Notes: generated by a model not told the origin, from the sequence alone. Positions 8,299 through 17,396 are shown, numbered from the stretch's first letter. The stretch: DNA of 42,871 bases from an uncultured Bacilli bacterium (GCA_944350335.1 CALVOQ010000002.1:1-42871); one strand, 5' to 3'. Program-made: numbers and translations.

Positions 8299-9318
8299 AT
8301 GAAGAATATATTTGATTATACTTTAGAAGAATTAGAAAAGTTATTTGTTGAAATGGGATTTAAGAAATATAATGCATTTCAAGTTTTTGATTGGATTTAT
8401 AAAAAAGGTGTTTTAGATTTTTCTCTTATGAGTAACATTAGTAAAAACTTAAAGTCTTTTTTAATTGATAATTATTCTATTGATTTATTAAAAATATCTA
8501 AAGTGATTAGAGATGAAAAGAGCAGTAAATATTTACTAGAACTTTGTGATGGAAATAAAATTGAGTGTGTTTTGTTAAAGCACGATTATGGTAACTCGTT
8601 ATGTGTCAGTTCTCAAGTTGGTTGTAATATGGGATGCGCGTTTTGTGAAAGCGGTAGGTTAAAAAAAGTTAGAGATTTGTCACTTAGTGAAATGATTCTT
8701 CAAATCGTTACTGTTGGGATCGAAGAATGTATTAAAGTAGATAGTGTAGTAGTTATGGGTATAGGTGAACCTTTTGATAATTTTGAAGTGTTAAAAAGGT
8801 TTATTACAGTTGTTACTTGTCCTTATGGCTTAGAAATAGGGCAAAGACACATCACTGTTTCTACTTGCGGGTTAGTTCCTAAAATAAAAGAGTTTGCATC
8901 AATGAATACTCAAGTTAATCTAGCTATTAGTTTGCATGCTAGTAGTGACGAAGTAAGAAATAAACTTATGAAGATTAACCATGCTTATTCTATTAAAGAA
9001 TTGTTTGATGCACTTGATTATTATATTTTTAAAACTAATAGAAGAGTAACTATAGAATATGTATTAATTGATGGAATTAATGATAGTGAAGAAGACGCTT
9101 TGAACTTGGTTTCTTTAGTAAAAGGTAAACTTATGTATGTTAATTTAATTCCTTATAATGAGACTAGTAATTTTACATTTAAAAGAAGTAATGAGTTTAA
9201 AATAAAAAAGTTTTATGATATACTTAAGAAGAATGGTATAAATGTAATAATAAGAAAGAATATTGCAGGCGGGATTAATGCTGCTTGTGGACAACTAAGA
9301 GCAAAGGAGAGTGCATAA
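8299..9318 (+). CDS. rlmN: 23S rRNA/tRNA adenine-C2 methyltransferase RlmN (radical SAM)
   Basis: CNMGCAFCESG (CX3CX2C) and the C-terminal GINAACGQL motif. Conserved position upstream of stp-prkC. Confidence 0.9.
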   Translation: MKNIFDYTLEELEKLFVEMGFKKYNAFQVFDWIYKKGVLDFSLMSNISKNLKSFLIDNYSIDLLKISKVIRDEKSSKYLLELCDGNKIECVLLKHDYGNSLCVSSQVGCNMGCAFCESGRLKKVRDLSLSEMILQIVTVGIEECIKVDSVVVMGIGEPFDNFEVLKRFITVVTCPYGLEIGQRHITVSTCGLVPKIKEFASMNTQVNLAISLHASSDEVRNKLMKINHAYSIKELFDALDYYIFKTNRRVTIEYVLIDGINDSEEDALNLVSLVKGKLMYVNLIPYNETSNFTFKRSNEFKIKKFYDILKKNGINVIIRKNIAGGINAACGQLRAKESA

Positions 9319-9320
9319 TA

Positions 9321-10082
9321 GTGATATGTCATTATCAAACTGATGCAGGAAAAGTAAGAAGTCATAACGAAGATAGTGTTACTATTGTTAGTAATAAAAA
9401 TGGAGAATATTTGTTAGTTGTAGCTGATGGAATGGGTGGACACCGCGCGGGGGAAGTTGCTTCTAGTATGGCTGTTACAGAACTCGGTTCTAGATTTCAA
9501 AAATTGGGAACGATAGGAAATAAGATTGATGCTGTTAATTGGTTAAAAGGTATAATAGAAGAAATTAATTTGAATATTATTAAATATGCAAACGAACACG
9601 TAGATTCTACTGGGCTTGGCACTACTTGTGTGGCAGCAGTTTTAACTAAAGATTATTTGATTTTTGCAAATGTTGGCGATTCAAGTGGTTTTGTTAAAAA
9701 AGACGGTAAGTTATTTAAGGTAACTAAAGATCATACGCTTGTGAATATATTAGTTGAAACTGGGGAATTACGTCCAGAGGAAGCAGAACATCATCCTCAA
9801 AAAAACGTTCTTATGAGAGCACTTGGTGCGAGTGAAAAAGTTGATGTAGATATATTTGCTGTTGAGGATGAAGTTGATGAAATTCTTTTGTGTAGTGATG
9901 GCCTAACTAATATGCTAACACCAGAACAGATAGAAAAAGTATTAAATGATGAAGACTTGTTAATTGAGGAAAAAGTGAATAAATTGATTAGTAAAAGTAA
10001 TATGAGGGGTGGTAATGACAATATAAGTATAGCGTACTTAATTAAGAAGAGTGGTGATACAGTTGATAGTAAAGGGTTCTAA
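9321..10082 (+). CDS. stp: PP2C-family Ser/Thr phosphatase (Stp/PrpC)
   Basis: DAGKVRSHNEDS, VADGMGGH and GGNDNISIAYL motifs. The start is moved to GTG 9321, 9 nt after aaggagag; the track ORF start overlaps the rlmN 3' end. Confidence 0.9.
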   Translation: MICHYQTDAGKVRSHNEDSVTIVSNKNGEYLLVVADGMGGHRAGEVASSMAVTELGSRFQKLGTIGNKIDAVNWLKGIIEEINLNIIKYANEHVDSTGLGTTCVAAVLTKDYLIFANVGDSSGFVKKDGKLFKVTKDHTLVNILVETGELRPEEAEHHPQKNVLMRALGASEKVDVDIFAVEDEVDEILLCSDGLTNMLTPEQIEKVLNDEDLLIEEKVNKLISKSNMRGGNDNISIAYLIKKSGDTVDSKGF

Positions 10083-11841
10083 AATAGATAATAGATATCA
10101 AATTATTAAAACTTTAGGCGAAGGCGGTATGGCCAATGTTTACTTGGCGTATGATACTATCTTAGATAGGAAAGTTGCTGTTAAAGTTTTAAGAGGGGAT
10201 TTAGCTAATGATGAAAAGTTTGTTAGACGTTTTCAACGTGAGGCTTTATCTGCTTCTAGTTTATCACACCCTAATATAGTTGAAATGTATGATGTTGGGG
10301 AAGATGATGGGCAATATTATATTGTAATGGAATATGTTGAAGGCGTGACTTTAAAACAACTTCTTAAAAAGCGTGGCAGTTTAACTATTACTGAGGTTAT
10401 AGATATTATGAGTCAACTAACTGATGGGATGGCTCACGCCCATGATAGTTTTATTGTTCATAGAGATATTAAGCCTCAAAATATTATGATACTAGAAAAC
10501 GGAGTTATAAAGATTACTGATTTTGGTATAGCAATGGCACTTAATTCAACACAACTTACGCAAACTAATAGTGTAATGGGTAGTGTTCATTATTTACCTC
10601 CAGAACAGGCTAATGGTAAAGGTTCAACTATTAAAAGTGATATCTATTCTATGGGTATTTTAATGTATGAACTTTTAACTGGGGGTGTTCCATATAAAGG
10701 GGATAATGCCGTTGAAATTGCATTAAAACATTTGAAGGAACCTCTTCCGTCTATTAAAAAAATATTGCCTGAATTACCTCAATCTATAGAAAACATTATT
10801 TTAAAAAGTACCGCTAAAAATCCACAAAATAGGTATAAAGATGCACGTGCTATGCATGAAGACATTGTAACTGCTTTAACTGATGAACGTGCGAACGAGA
10901 AAAGATATGTATATCCTTTTCCAGAAAATGATATTGAAAATACTAAAGTGTTAAATGATACTTTGAAAGAAGTTAAAGAAAAAGAAAAAAAGGAAAAGGA
11001 AAACGAAAAGAAGAAATTGGATTTTGAGATGAAACAAGAGAATAAAAAACAAAATAAATTATTAATCATTCTTGCATCTATTTTTACTGGACTTGTAGTT
11101 ATAACTGCATCAGTAGTTGTACTACTTCCTAATTTGATGACAAAAGAGAATGTAGAAATTCCTGATAATATAATTGGACTTAGTGAAAATGATGCTTATA
11201 ATAATTTAGTGGAACTTGGTTTTAATGTTCAAGTCAGTGAAACTGAAGTATCTAGTGATGAAATAGAAAAAGGTCATGTGGTTAGAACTAGTCCTGAAGT
11301 TGGCAAAATTGTAAAAGAGGGTAGTACAGTTACATTATTCTTATCTAGTGGTGAAGGTACTTTTGAAATACCTGCTGATTATATTGGAAAAAATTATATT
11401 GAAGTTAAAACATTGCTTGAGACCAATGAAGCTAATGTTATAGTAGAAACCATTAAAGTAAGTGAAGATGATGAATATGAAATAGATACTGTAATAGATA
11501 TATCTCCAAAAGTAGGGGAAAAAGTTAAGAAAGGTGCAACAGTTACTATTTATATACCTGAAGTTGAAAAGAAATATCCTGATTTTGTTAAAGAAAATTA
11601 TTCAGTAGACGATGTTCGTGATTTTTGTGAAGAAAATAATCTTAATTTAGTTGTTAAATACGAAGAAACTGATGAATTTGTAGAAGGCACAGTTATATAT
11701 CAAAGTAGACCTGCTGATTCAGTTGTCGTTGAAGGAATAACTCTAACAATAACCGTTTCTACAATGCCAGAAATTGAAGAACCACCTATTGAAGGAGAAA
11801 CTGAAGGTGAGACAGGGGAAGAAAATGTTACAACAGAATAG
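10051..11841 (+). CDS. prkC: Ser/Thr protein kinase PrkC with TM segment and three PASTA repeats
   Basis: GEGGMANVY, VAVKVL, HRDIKPQNIM, DFGIA. TM segment LLIILASIFTGLVVITASVVVLL. Three PASTA-like repeats and an acidic tail follow. The exact start (GTG 10051/10054 or TTG 10063) is uncertain. Confidence 0.9.
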   Translation: MVIQLIVKGSKIDNRYQIIKTLGEGGMANVYLAYDTILDRKVAVKVLRGDLANDEKFVRRFQREALSASSLSHPNIVEMYDVGEDDGQYYIVMEYVEGVTLKQLLKKRGSLTITEVIDIMSQLTDGMAHAHDSFIVHRDIKPQNIMILENGVIKITDFGIAMALNSTQLTQTNSVMGSVHYLPPEQANGKGSTIKSDIYSMGILMYELLTGGVPYKGDNAVEIALKHLKEPLPSIKKILPELPQSIENIILKSTAKNPQNRYKDARAMHEDIVTALTDERANEKRYVYPFPENDIENTKVLNDTLKEVKEKEKKEKENEKKKLDFEMKQENKKQNKLLIILASIFTGLVVITASVVVLLPNLMTKENVEIPDNIIGLSENDAYNNLVELGFNVQVSETEVSSDEIEKGHVVRTSPEVGKIVKEGSTVTLFLSSGEGTFEIPADYIGKNYIEVKTLLETNEANVIVETIKVSEDDEYEIDTVIDISPKVGEKVKKGATVTIYIPEVEKKYPDFVKENYSVDDVRDFCEENNLNLVVKYEETDEFVEGTVIYQSRPADSVVVEGITLTITVSTMPEIEEPPIEGETEGETGEENVTTE

Positions 11842-12664
11842 TTTTAAAGAAGGAAAAATTGTTAAAATTAATAAAGATTTGTACACTGTTCTATCTGAAG
11901 AAAGTGTACTTTCTTGTTATGTAAGGGGAAAACTTAAAAATGATAAATTGACTGTTGGGGATAATGTTTTAGTTGATTTAAATTCTCTTACTATTGAAAA
12001 ACAATTACCTAGGAAGAATTCTCTTGTTAGGCCACTTGTATCTAATATTGATTCGCTTTTCATAGTTGTTAGTACTGAAGTGCCTGCTTTTAGTGAATAT
12101 TTGCTTGATAAGATGTTGTCTCTTGCAATCTATAATAAGATTAAACCTATAATTATTGTTACTAAATTAGATAAGATAAAGAGAAATGAAAGAAATAATA
12201 TACTTAAAGTGTTAAAGTACTATAAAAAATATTTTAGTGTTTATAAGAATACTGAAATCAGAAAAATTGTTAGGGAGATAAATGGCAAAACAGTTGCTTT
12301 ATGTGGCCAAACTGGTGCTGGTAAGAGTACTCTGTTAAATAGGATTGATAAGAATTTGAAACTTAGTACTGATGAAGTTAGTTACACATTAGGTAGAGGT
12401 AAACATACTACAAGGCTTGTTGAACTTATTAAAGTGAAGGGCGGTTTTATAGCTGATACCCCAGGATTTAGTTCTTTGGATTTGGATATTAGTAAGGATG
12501 AACTTAAATATACATTTCCTGATTTTATGGTACAATGTAAATATAAGAGTTGTAATCATATTAAAGAAGATGGTTGTAAAGTTATTGAACGTGTTAAAAC
12601 TAATAAGATACTTTACTCTAGATATGAAAACTATTTAAAATTATTAAAGGAGACTAGATTATGA
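11825..12664 (+). CDS. rsgA: ribosome small-subunit-dependent GTPase RsgA (CpgA)
   Basis: GQTGAGKSTLLN P-loop and DTPGF. C-terminal Zn cluster CKYKSCNHIKEDGC. The start is moved to ATG 11825 (MLQQNSFKEGKIV). The stop overlaps the rpe start (ATGA). Confidence 0.9.
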   Translation: MLQQNSFKEGKIVKINKDLYTVLSEESVLSCYVRGKLKNDKLTVGDNVLVDLNSLTIEKQLPRKNSLVRPLVSNIDSLFIVVSTEVPAFSEYLLDKMLSLAIYNKIKPIIIVTKLDKIKRNERNNILKVLKYYKKYFSVYKNTEIRKIVREINGKTVALCGQTGAGKSTLLNRIDKNLKLSTDEVSYTLGRGKHTTRLVELIKVKGGFIADTPGFSSLDLDISKDELKYTFPDFMVQCKYKSCNHIKEDGCKVIERVKTNKILYSRYENYLKLLKETRL

Positions 12665-13299
12665 AAGTGAGTGTTTCTTTTTTGTCAGATAATCTTAAAC
12701 CAGTTGATGTTATCAAAATGGTAAATAATACAAATGCTGATTATATTCATGTGGATGTTATGGATGGTAAGTTTGTTAATAATAAGACTTATACTTTAAG
12801 TGAGATTGAAAAACTTAGTAATTATATGAAAAAGCCAATGGACGTTCATTTAATGGTAAGTAATCCTAAAAAGTATATTGAAAAGTTCGCTATTTTAAAT
12901 GTAGAATATGTTACTTTTCACTATGAAAGTGTTAAAAATGTTAAGGAACTCATTGATTTAATACATAGTTATGGCTTAAAAGCAGGCATTAGTATTAAAC
13001 CTAAAACAAATGCTAGTGATATAGTAGATTTCATTGATATTGTTGATTTAGTTTTAGTTATGAGTGTTGAACCTGGAAAGAGTGGTCAAACTTTTATGAA
13101 TAGTGTTCTTTATAAGATTGAATCTTTAAGTAGAATTATTTCTGAGAAGAATCTAAAAACTGTTATTTCTGTAGATGGTGGAATTAATGACCAGACAGCA
13201 ACACTTGTTAAGGACAAGGGTGCTTCAATGGTGGTAAGTGCTTCTTATTTACAATGTGCGGATATGAACAATAGAGTGGATTTGTTAAAAAGTATATGA
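12661..13299 (+). CDS. rpe: ribulose-phosphate 3-epimerase
   Basis: HVDVMDGKFV, MSVEPGKSGQTF and VDGGIN motifs. Confidence 0.9.
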   Translation: MKVSVSFLSDNLKPVDVIKMVNNTNADYIHVDVMDGKFVNNKTYTLSEIEKLSNYMKKPMDVHLMVSNPKKYIEKFAILNVEYVTFHYESVKNVKELIDLIHSYGLKAGISIKPKTNASDIVDFIDIVDLVLVMSVEPGKSGQTFMNSVLYKIESLSRIISEKNLKTVISVDGGINDQTATLVKDKGASMVVSASYLQCADMNNRVDLLKSI

Positions 13300-13318
13300 C
13301 AAAATTCTACTGAATTCC

Positions 13319-13347
13319 TTGACAAATGCATATTATTGTAATAGAAT
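13319..13347 (+). promoter_or_regulatory. sigmaA-type promoter of the infC operon
   Basis: TTGACA (13319-13324), 17 nt, TAGAAT (13342-13347). Confidence 0.55.
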
Positions 13348-13465
13348 TATATATGTTGAAAAGAGAAAGTAGTGTACTCACACTCACCTGATCAGCTAGT
13401 TGTTGATAGGTAAAAGGCTATTAAATCGGTTTTTTAGTGAGTACATTAGTATTCACTTTTTATAT
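13348..13465 (+). promoter_or_regulatory. L20-leader-like transcription attenuator
   Basis: gtgtactcac (13372-13381) can pair with gtgagtacat (13437-13446). That second segment alternatively takes part in the terminator agtga(13436-13440)...tcact(13453-13457) plus T-run. Its position upstream of infC-rpmI-rplT matches the Firmicute L20-controlled leader. Confidence 0.5.
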
Positions 13466-13480
13466 TTGGAGGTGTTTAGA

Positions 13481-13999
13481 ATAGCTAAACAAAATGATGC
13501 TCTTATAAATGAGCAAATAAAACACAATGAAGTTATGGTTATTGGGCCTAATGGCGAAAAATTAGGAGTAAAATCTATTAATGATGCTCTTACACTTGCA
13601 CAATATGCGGGTCTTGATTTGGTACTTATGAGTGAAAGTAATATGCCTGTTTGTAAGGTAATGGATTATAACAAGTTTAAGTACGAAAGAAATAAAAAAC
13701 AGAAAGAACAATTAAAAAAACAACGTGAATCTAATCTTGAGTTAAAGGAGTATAGACTTAGTGTTACTATTGACACTCATGATTTTGAAACTAAACTTAA
13801 GAATGCAAGAAATTACGTTTCTAAAGGTCATAAAGTTAAAGTTTCTGTTCGTTTTAAAGGTAGACAAATCGCACACCCTGAACTTGGTAAAGATGTTATT
13901 TTAAGGTTTGCTAATAGGATGGAAGATATTGCTATTATCCAAGAAGAACCAAAACTTGAAGGAAGAACAATTAGTTTGCTAGTCGCACCTAAAAAGTAA
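13481..13999 (+). CDS. infC: translation initiation factor IF-3 (probable non-AUG start, ATA)
   Basis: IAKQNDALINEQIKHNEVMVIGPNGEKLGV aligns with IF3 N-termini. GGAGGTG (13469-13475) lies 5 nt upstream of ATA 13481, and no in-frame ATG is nearby. The track's TTG 13400 start lies inside the leader. Confidence 0.85.
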   Translation: MAKQNDALINEQIKHNEVMVIGPNGEKLGVKSINDALTLAQYAGLDLVLMSESNMPVCKVMDYNKFKYERNKKQKEQLKKQRESNLELKEYRLSVTIDTHDFETKLKNARNYVSKGHKVKVSVRFKGRQIAHPELGKDVILRFANRMEDIAIIQEEPKLEGRTISLLVAPKK

Positions 14000-14014
14000 A
14001 GGAGGAGAGTTTAT

Positions 14015-14209
14015 ATGCCAAAAACTAAAACACATAAAGGAATAGCTAAAAAAATAAAAGTTAGACCAGGTGGATCTACTAAAATTGGTAAACCTGGAAG
14101 CAATCATAAAACTGGTAAGAAACCAACAAGTTTCAATAGAACTATGAGAAAAGGTTCTTCACTTAGTAGTGGAGATGCTAAAAGATATAAAAGAGAGTTA
14201 AGGGGGTAA
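14015..14209 (+). CDS. rpmI: 50S ribosomal protein L35
   Basis: MPKTKTHKG... basic 64-aa protein. RBS aaggaggag. Confidence 0.9.
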   Translation: MPKTKTHKGIAKKIKVRPGGSTKIGKPGSNHKTGKKPTSFNRTMRKGSSLSSGDAKRYKRELRG

Positions 14210-14214
14210 TGTAG

Positions 14215-14709
14215 ATGACTAGAGTTAAAGGTGGAACTGTTACAAGAGCTAGAAGAAAGAAAGTTTTAAAACAAGCTAAAGGTTACTTTGGAAGTAAACA
14301 TAGATTATATAAAACTGCTCAAGAACAATTATTTCATAGTGGCGAATATTCTTTTAATGACAGAAAGAAAAATAAAGGAAACTTTAGAAAACTTTGGATT
14401 ACTAGAATAAATGCTGCTTGTAGAATGAATAATATTAGTTATTCTAAGTTTATGAATGGACTTAAAAAGGCTAATATTGAAATTAATAGAAAAATGTTAA
14501 GTGAACTTGCTATTTCAGATGCAAATGAATTTGCTAAGTTAGTTGAATTAAGTAAAAATGCTTTAGAAGGTAATTCTGAAACTGTTAAAGAAGAATCTAA
14601 TGATTTAAGCTCAATGACTGTAGCACAATTAAAAGAATTAGCAAAAGAAAAAGGTATTCTAAACTATACAAGTTTAAAAAAAGCAGAATTAATTGATGCT
14701 TTGAAATAA
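14215..14709 (+). CDS. rplT: 50S ribosomal protein L20 with ~45-aa C-terminal Rho_N/SAP-like extension
   Basis: [29 protein letters not shown]...[11 protein letters not shown] is canonical L20 (about 119 aa). The extra tail is [44 protein letters not shown]. Confidence 0.9.
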   Translation: MTRVKGGTVTRARRKKVLKQAKGYFGSKHRLYKTAQEQLFHSGEYSFNDRKKNKGNFRKLWITRINAACRMNNISYSKFMNGLKKANIEINRKMLSELAISDANEFAKLVELSKNALEGNSETVKEESNDLSSMTVAQLKELAKEKGILNYTSLKKAELIDALK

Positions 14710-14713
14710 AATA

Positions 14714-14742
14714 AAACTATTGGAACTTCCAATAGTTTTTTT
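14714..14742. terminator. bidirectional terminator between rplT and gatD
   Basis: ctattgga (14717-14724) pairs with tccaatag (14728-14735), flanked by A-run and T-run. Confidence 0.7.
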
Positions 14743-15481
14743 AATTAATAAAGTTTTCTAAAAATGTTTCGTATGCTTTTATTTCTGAAGTATGTTTATA
14801 AACTTTAAATTTATAATCTTTATTTTTTTCTTTTATTATCCTTTTTACGTAATAATCAGTTAAATAAGGATTTCTTATAAGTAAAGGACCTAATAAATAT
14901 GTGCCTAGAAAGTTTTTGTGTAAATACCCTTCATAGATGCTTTTTGGTTCATATCCAACACCATTATTTATTTTAATAAAGTATCTATCACTACCATGTA
15001 TGGTTCCGCCTCTATTTTGAAAACCAATTATTTCTTTGTCTAAGAATATACAATGTCCACTTGTAGTACCTACTATTCTAAAGTCACAATCTTCCATAAA
15101 GTCTTTTTTTGTAATTCTTTTTGTATAATATGGGAATATGTCTAGACAATTTATTTTATTTCCTTCAAAATCTATTATGTATTTTCCAAATAATTCATAA
15201 GCGTTTCCCGTCATAAAGAAATATTTTCCGTTTTCTATAGATTTTTTTATTTCTTTTTTGTATTTAATTAAATCATTTAATACTAATATTTGTCCTTTTT
15301 CTGTACCCATTCCCATATAATAAATGTCATATTTATTAAAATCAATTTTGTCGTTTATACTTAAAAAGTGTATTTCACATTTTATATTTTGTCTTTCAAT
15401 ATGTTCTTTTAATGCTCGTATATTTCCATTTTCCCCGTATAAGTTCATTATATCGTAGTATAAATGTGCAATTTTAATCAT
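14741..15481 (-). CDS. gatD: GatD-like (CobQ-type glutamine amidotransferase) partner of MurT; catalytic Cys and His apparently substituted
   Basis: MIKIAHLYYDIMNLYGENGNI N-terminus and overall collinearity with GatD; 8-nt overlap with murT. The nucleophile elbow reads MTGNAYELFG (Gly in place of Cys) and the His box reads GTYLLGPLL (Leu in place of His). Confidence 0.8.
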   Translation of the reverse strand: MIKIAHLYYDIMNLYGENGNIRALKEHIERQNIKCEIHFLSINDKIDFNKYDIYYMGMGTEKGQILVLNDLIKYKKEIKKSIENGKYFFMTGNAYELFGKYIIDFEGNKINCLDIFPYYTKRITKKDFMEDCDFRIVGTTSGHCIFLDKEIIGFQNRGGTIHGSDRYFIKINNGVGYEPKSIYEGYLHKNFLGTYLLGPLLIRNPYLTDYYVKRIIKEKNKDYKFKVYKHTSEIKAYETFLENFIN

Positions 15482-16814
15482 TAGTTATCCCTTCTTTCTT
15501 TAGGATTTCTTTTAGTTCACTTTCTTTGTCAAAACATACCATTGAATAAATATTACCTTTTGTTTCTTGCTTTAGTACGTTCACTATTTCATTTAAGTCG
15601 TCTATTAGTATTAATTTATCTTTGTTTATATTAGCATATTCTAATCTAGTTAATACATCATATTTAAATCTTCCAATGATTAATATTTTATCTATTGATT
15701 TATCTTTTAAACTTTCAAAATCTATGTCCCATAACCATGAAACATCATTTTCTTTGTATCTTCTTGAACTGTTGTCAAATCCAAGTACGATAGTTTTTTT
15801 GCCTTTTTCATGTAATATGTAGTCTATACTTTGTTTATAACTTAAATTGTTTTCATTTTTACTAGATAGCATTTGCCAATTTCTATTATAAAAGTTATAA
15901 ATGTTTAATCTTTTTGGAATGAATGAATCAACATTTATTGCATGTAATATTTTTTCTTTATTAATTCCTAAAGCGGTTGCTAGTGAGTAAGCAGCAGTTG
16001 TGAAATATACAGAGTATAAAAAGTTTGATGGTATTTTTATCTTGTCTTGGTTTATGTATATTTCCATATTTTCTATGTCTATTGTATGCGCTAAAAAGTC
16101 TGGTTTTGGTCGTTTGAAATTACATTTAGTACAGTTGTAGTCGCCTAAATGTCCATAGTGGTGGAACTTGTAATTAAGTTTGTTTCCACACACTGGACAG
16201 TATTGGGCATCTACATTGTTCAATGTGCTTTGTATTGAATAGCTGTTTTTGTCCATAGCATAATATGTTATTTTTCCCTTGTGATTTAATGTCGTGCTAT
16301 AAACTAGTGGATCATCTACGTTCACTACTAAATGAATGCTATCTTTAATAATAGAACTTATTAAACTTTGAATGTATTCAGGATGAGCATTTCTAGGTGG
16401 TTGATCTCTTGTAATATTAGTAATAACTAAATGTGTTAAATTAAAGCGTTGTAGTAGATGAATCATATGTTTTTCATCAAGTTCCATTAATAATGCTTGT
16501 TTTTCGTATGTTCCATTTAATTTTGTATTTGAAAGGATAAGTGACGTTATACCATTAATAGCATTGCTTCCATTCTTATTGTACGCATATGTGATTTTGC
16601 TTTTATTTAATATATGTGCAATTAATTCAGTAGTACTACCTTTGCCACTTGACCCTGTAATACCTATTACATATTTTGGATATTTTATTTTATTTAAAAC
16701 GTTAGGATAAACTTTTAATGCCCAGTATCCTCCTATAACAGTGCCTTCTTTTTTAAATAATTTGCTTAACATATTTGCCGTTTTACATATTATTATTGCT
16801 AAAGCAGTCCTCAT
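15474..16814 (-). CDS. murT: lipid II isoglutaminyl synthase subunit MurT (Mur-ligase family)
   Basis: P-loop GITGSSGKGSTT. Cys4 ribbon CPVCGNKLNYKFHHYGHLGDYNCTKC. C-terminal DUF1727-like segment ...NDVSWLWDIDFE. RBS aggtga. Confidence 0.85.
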   Translation of the reverse strand: MRTALAIIICKTANMLSKLFKKEGTVIGGYWALKVYPNVLNKIKYPKYVIGITGSSGKGSTTELIAHILNKSKITYAYNKNGSNAINGITSLILSNTKLNGTYEKQALLMELDEKHMIHLLQRFNLTHLVITNITRDQPPRNAHPEYIQSLISSIIKDSIHLVVNVDDPLVYSTTLNHKGKITYYAMDKNSYSIQSTLNNVDAQYCPVCGNKLNYKFHHYGHLGDYNCTKCNFKRPKPDFLAHTIDIENMEIYINQDKIKIPSNFLYSVYFTTAAYSLATALGINKEKILHAINVDSFIPKRLNIYNFYNRNWQMLSSKNENNLSYKQSIDYILHEKGKKTIVLGFDNSSRRYKENDVSWLWDIDFESLKDKSIDKILIIGRFKYDVLTRLEYANINKDKLILIDDLNEIVNVLKQETKGNIYSMVCFDKESELKEILKKEGITND

Positions 16815-16971
16815 AAAATATCACCTATAATGATTATATAATACTGGTTTTTTGATTTCAATTACTGATGTAAAGTAGTATCATTAGTTGTCAGTTAAAA
16901 ACTAAAACTAGTTTTGTCGAATTAGATGAAATAAGTTTTAAATTATTTTATTATTATTTTAGGTGACTAAT

Positions 16972-17199
16972 ATGAACATGATTTTTAAAGATGATACTTT
17001 GTATATAGATTTAAAAGGCGATATGGACATTATCGATTTAAATGTCTTAAAAGAACGTATTTTTAGTATCTTATCCCAATATGACATAGATAACGTTATT
17101 TTAAATACTAACGGAGCTTTCAATTTAGATAAACGGGCTATTAATAGTATAAAAAGGGAATGTCAGACTAAATATTTTGGAAGTTTTAAAATCATGTAA
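16972..17199 (+). CDS. short STAS-like (anti-sigma antagonist-like) protein, tentative
   Basis: TLYIDLKGDMDIIDLNVLKERIF...DNVILNTNGAFNLDKRAINSI loosely follows the SpoIIAA/STAS pattern but is short and lacks the DSSG phospho-Ser motif. ATG 16972 lies 5 nt after aggtga. Confidence 0.35.
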   Translation: MNMIFKDDTLYIDLKGDMDIIDLNVLKERIFSILSQYDIDNVILNTNGAFNLDKRAINSIKRECQTKYFGSFKIM

Positions 17200-17204
17200 A
17201 AATA

Positions 17205-17232
17205 AAAAACTAACTCTCGTTAGTTATTTTTA
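17205..17232 (+). terminator. rho-independent terminator
   Basis: aactaac (17208-17214) pairs with gttagtt (17219-17225), loop tctc, then atttttat. Confidence 0.5.
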
Positions 17233-17235
17233 TAA

Positions 17236-17311
17236 TGGTGACCTGTACGGGATTTGAACCCGTGAATGCACGCGTGAAAGGCGTGTGTGTTAACCATTTC
17301 ACCAACAGGCC
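17236..17311 (-). tRNA. tRNA-Glu (anticodon UUC)
   Basis: The reverse complement reads ggcctgt-tg-gtga...; anticodon stem cacgc/gcgtg with loop ctTTCac; T-arm acggg-ttcaaat-cccgt; acaggtc-a-CCA. Confidence 0.9.
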
Positions 17312-17319
17312 ATTTAAAA

Positions 17320-17396
17320 TGGTGGGCCTGAATGGACTTGAACCATCGACCTTTCGCTTATCAGACGAACGCTCTAACCATCTGAGCTACAAGCCC
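17320..17396 (-). tRNA. tRNA-Ile (anticodon GAU)
   Basis: The reverse complement reads gggcttg-ta-gctcagatggttagagc; anticodon stem ttcgt/gcgaa with loop ctGATaa; T-arm gatgg-ttcaagt-ccatt; caggccc-a-CCA. Confidence 0.9.

Noticed and set aside
10779-11069. 96-aa minus-strand ORF rich in F/S/K inside prkC.
   Set aside because: It is the antisense reading of the Lys/Glu-rich juxtamembrane linker of PrkC (a purine-run sequence) and is an artefact of low complexity.
17236-17396. tRNA-Ile(GAU) outside an rRNA operon as a possible sign of rearrangement.
   Set aside because: Free-standing tRNA-Ile(GAU) genes occur in many Firmicutes. The pair has its own promoter and there is no rRNA fragment nearby, so it looks ordinary.
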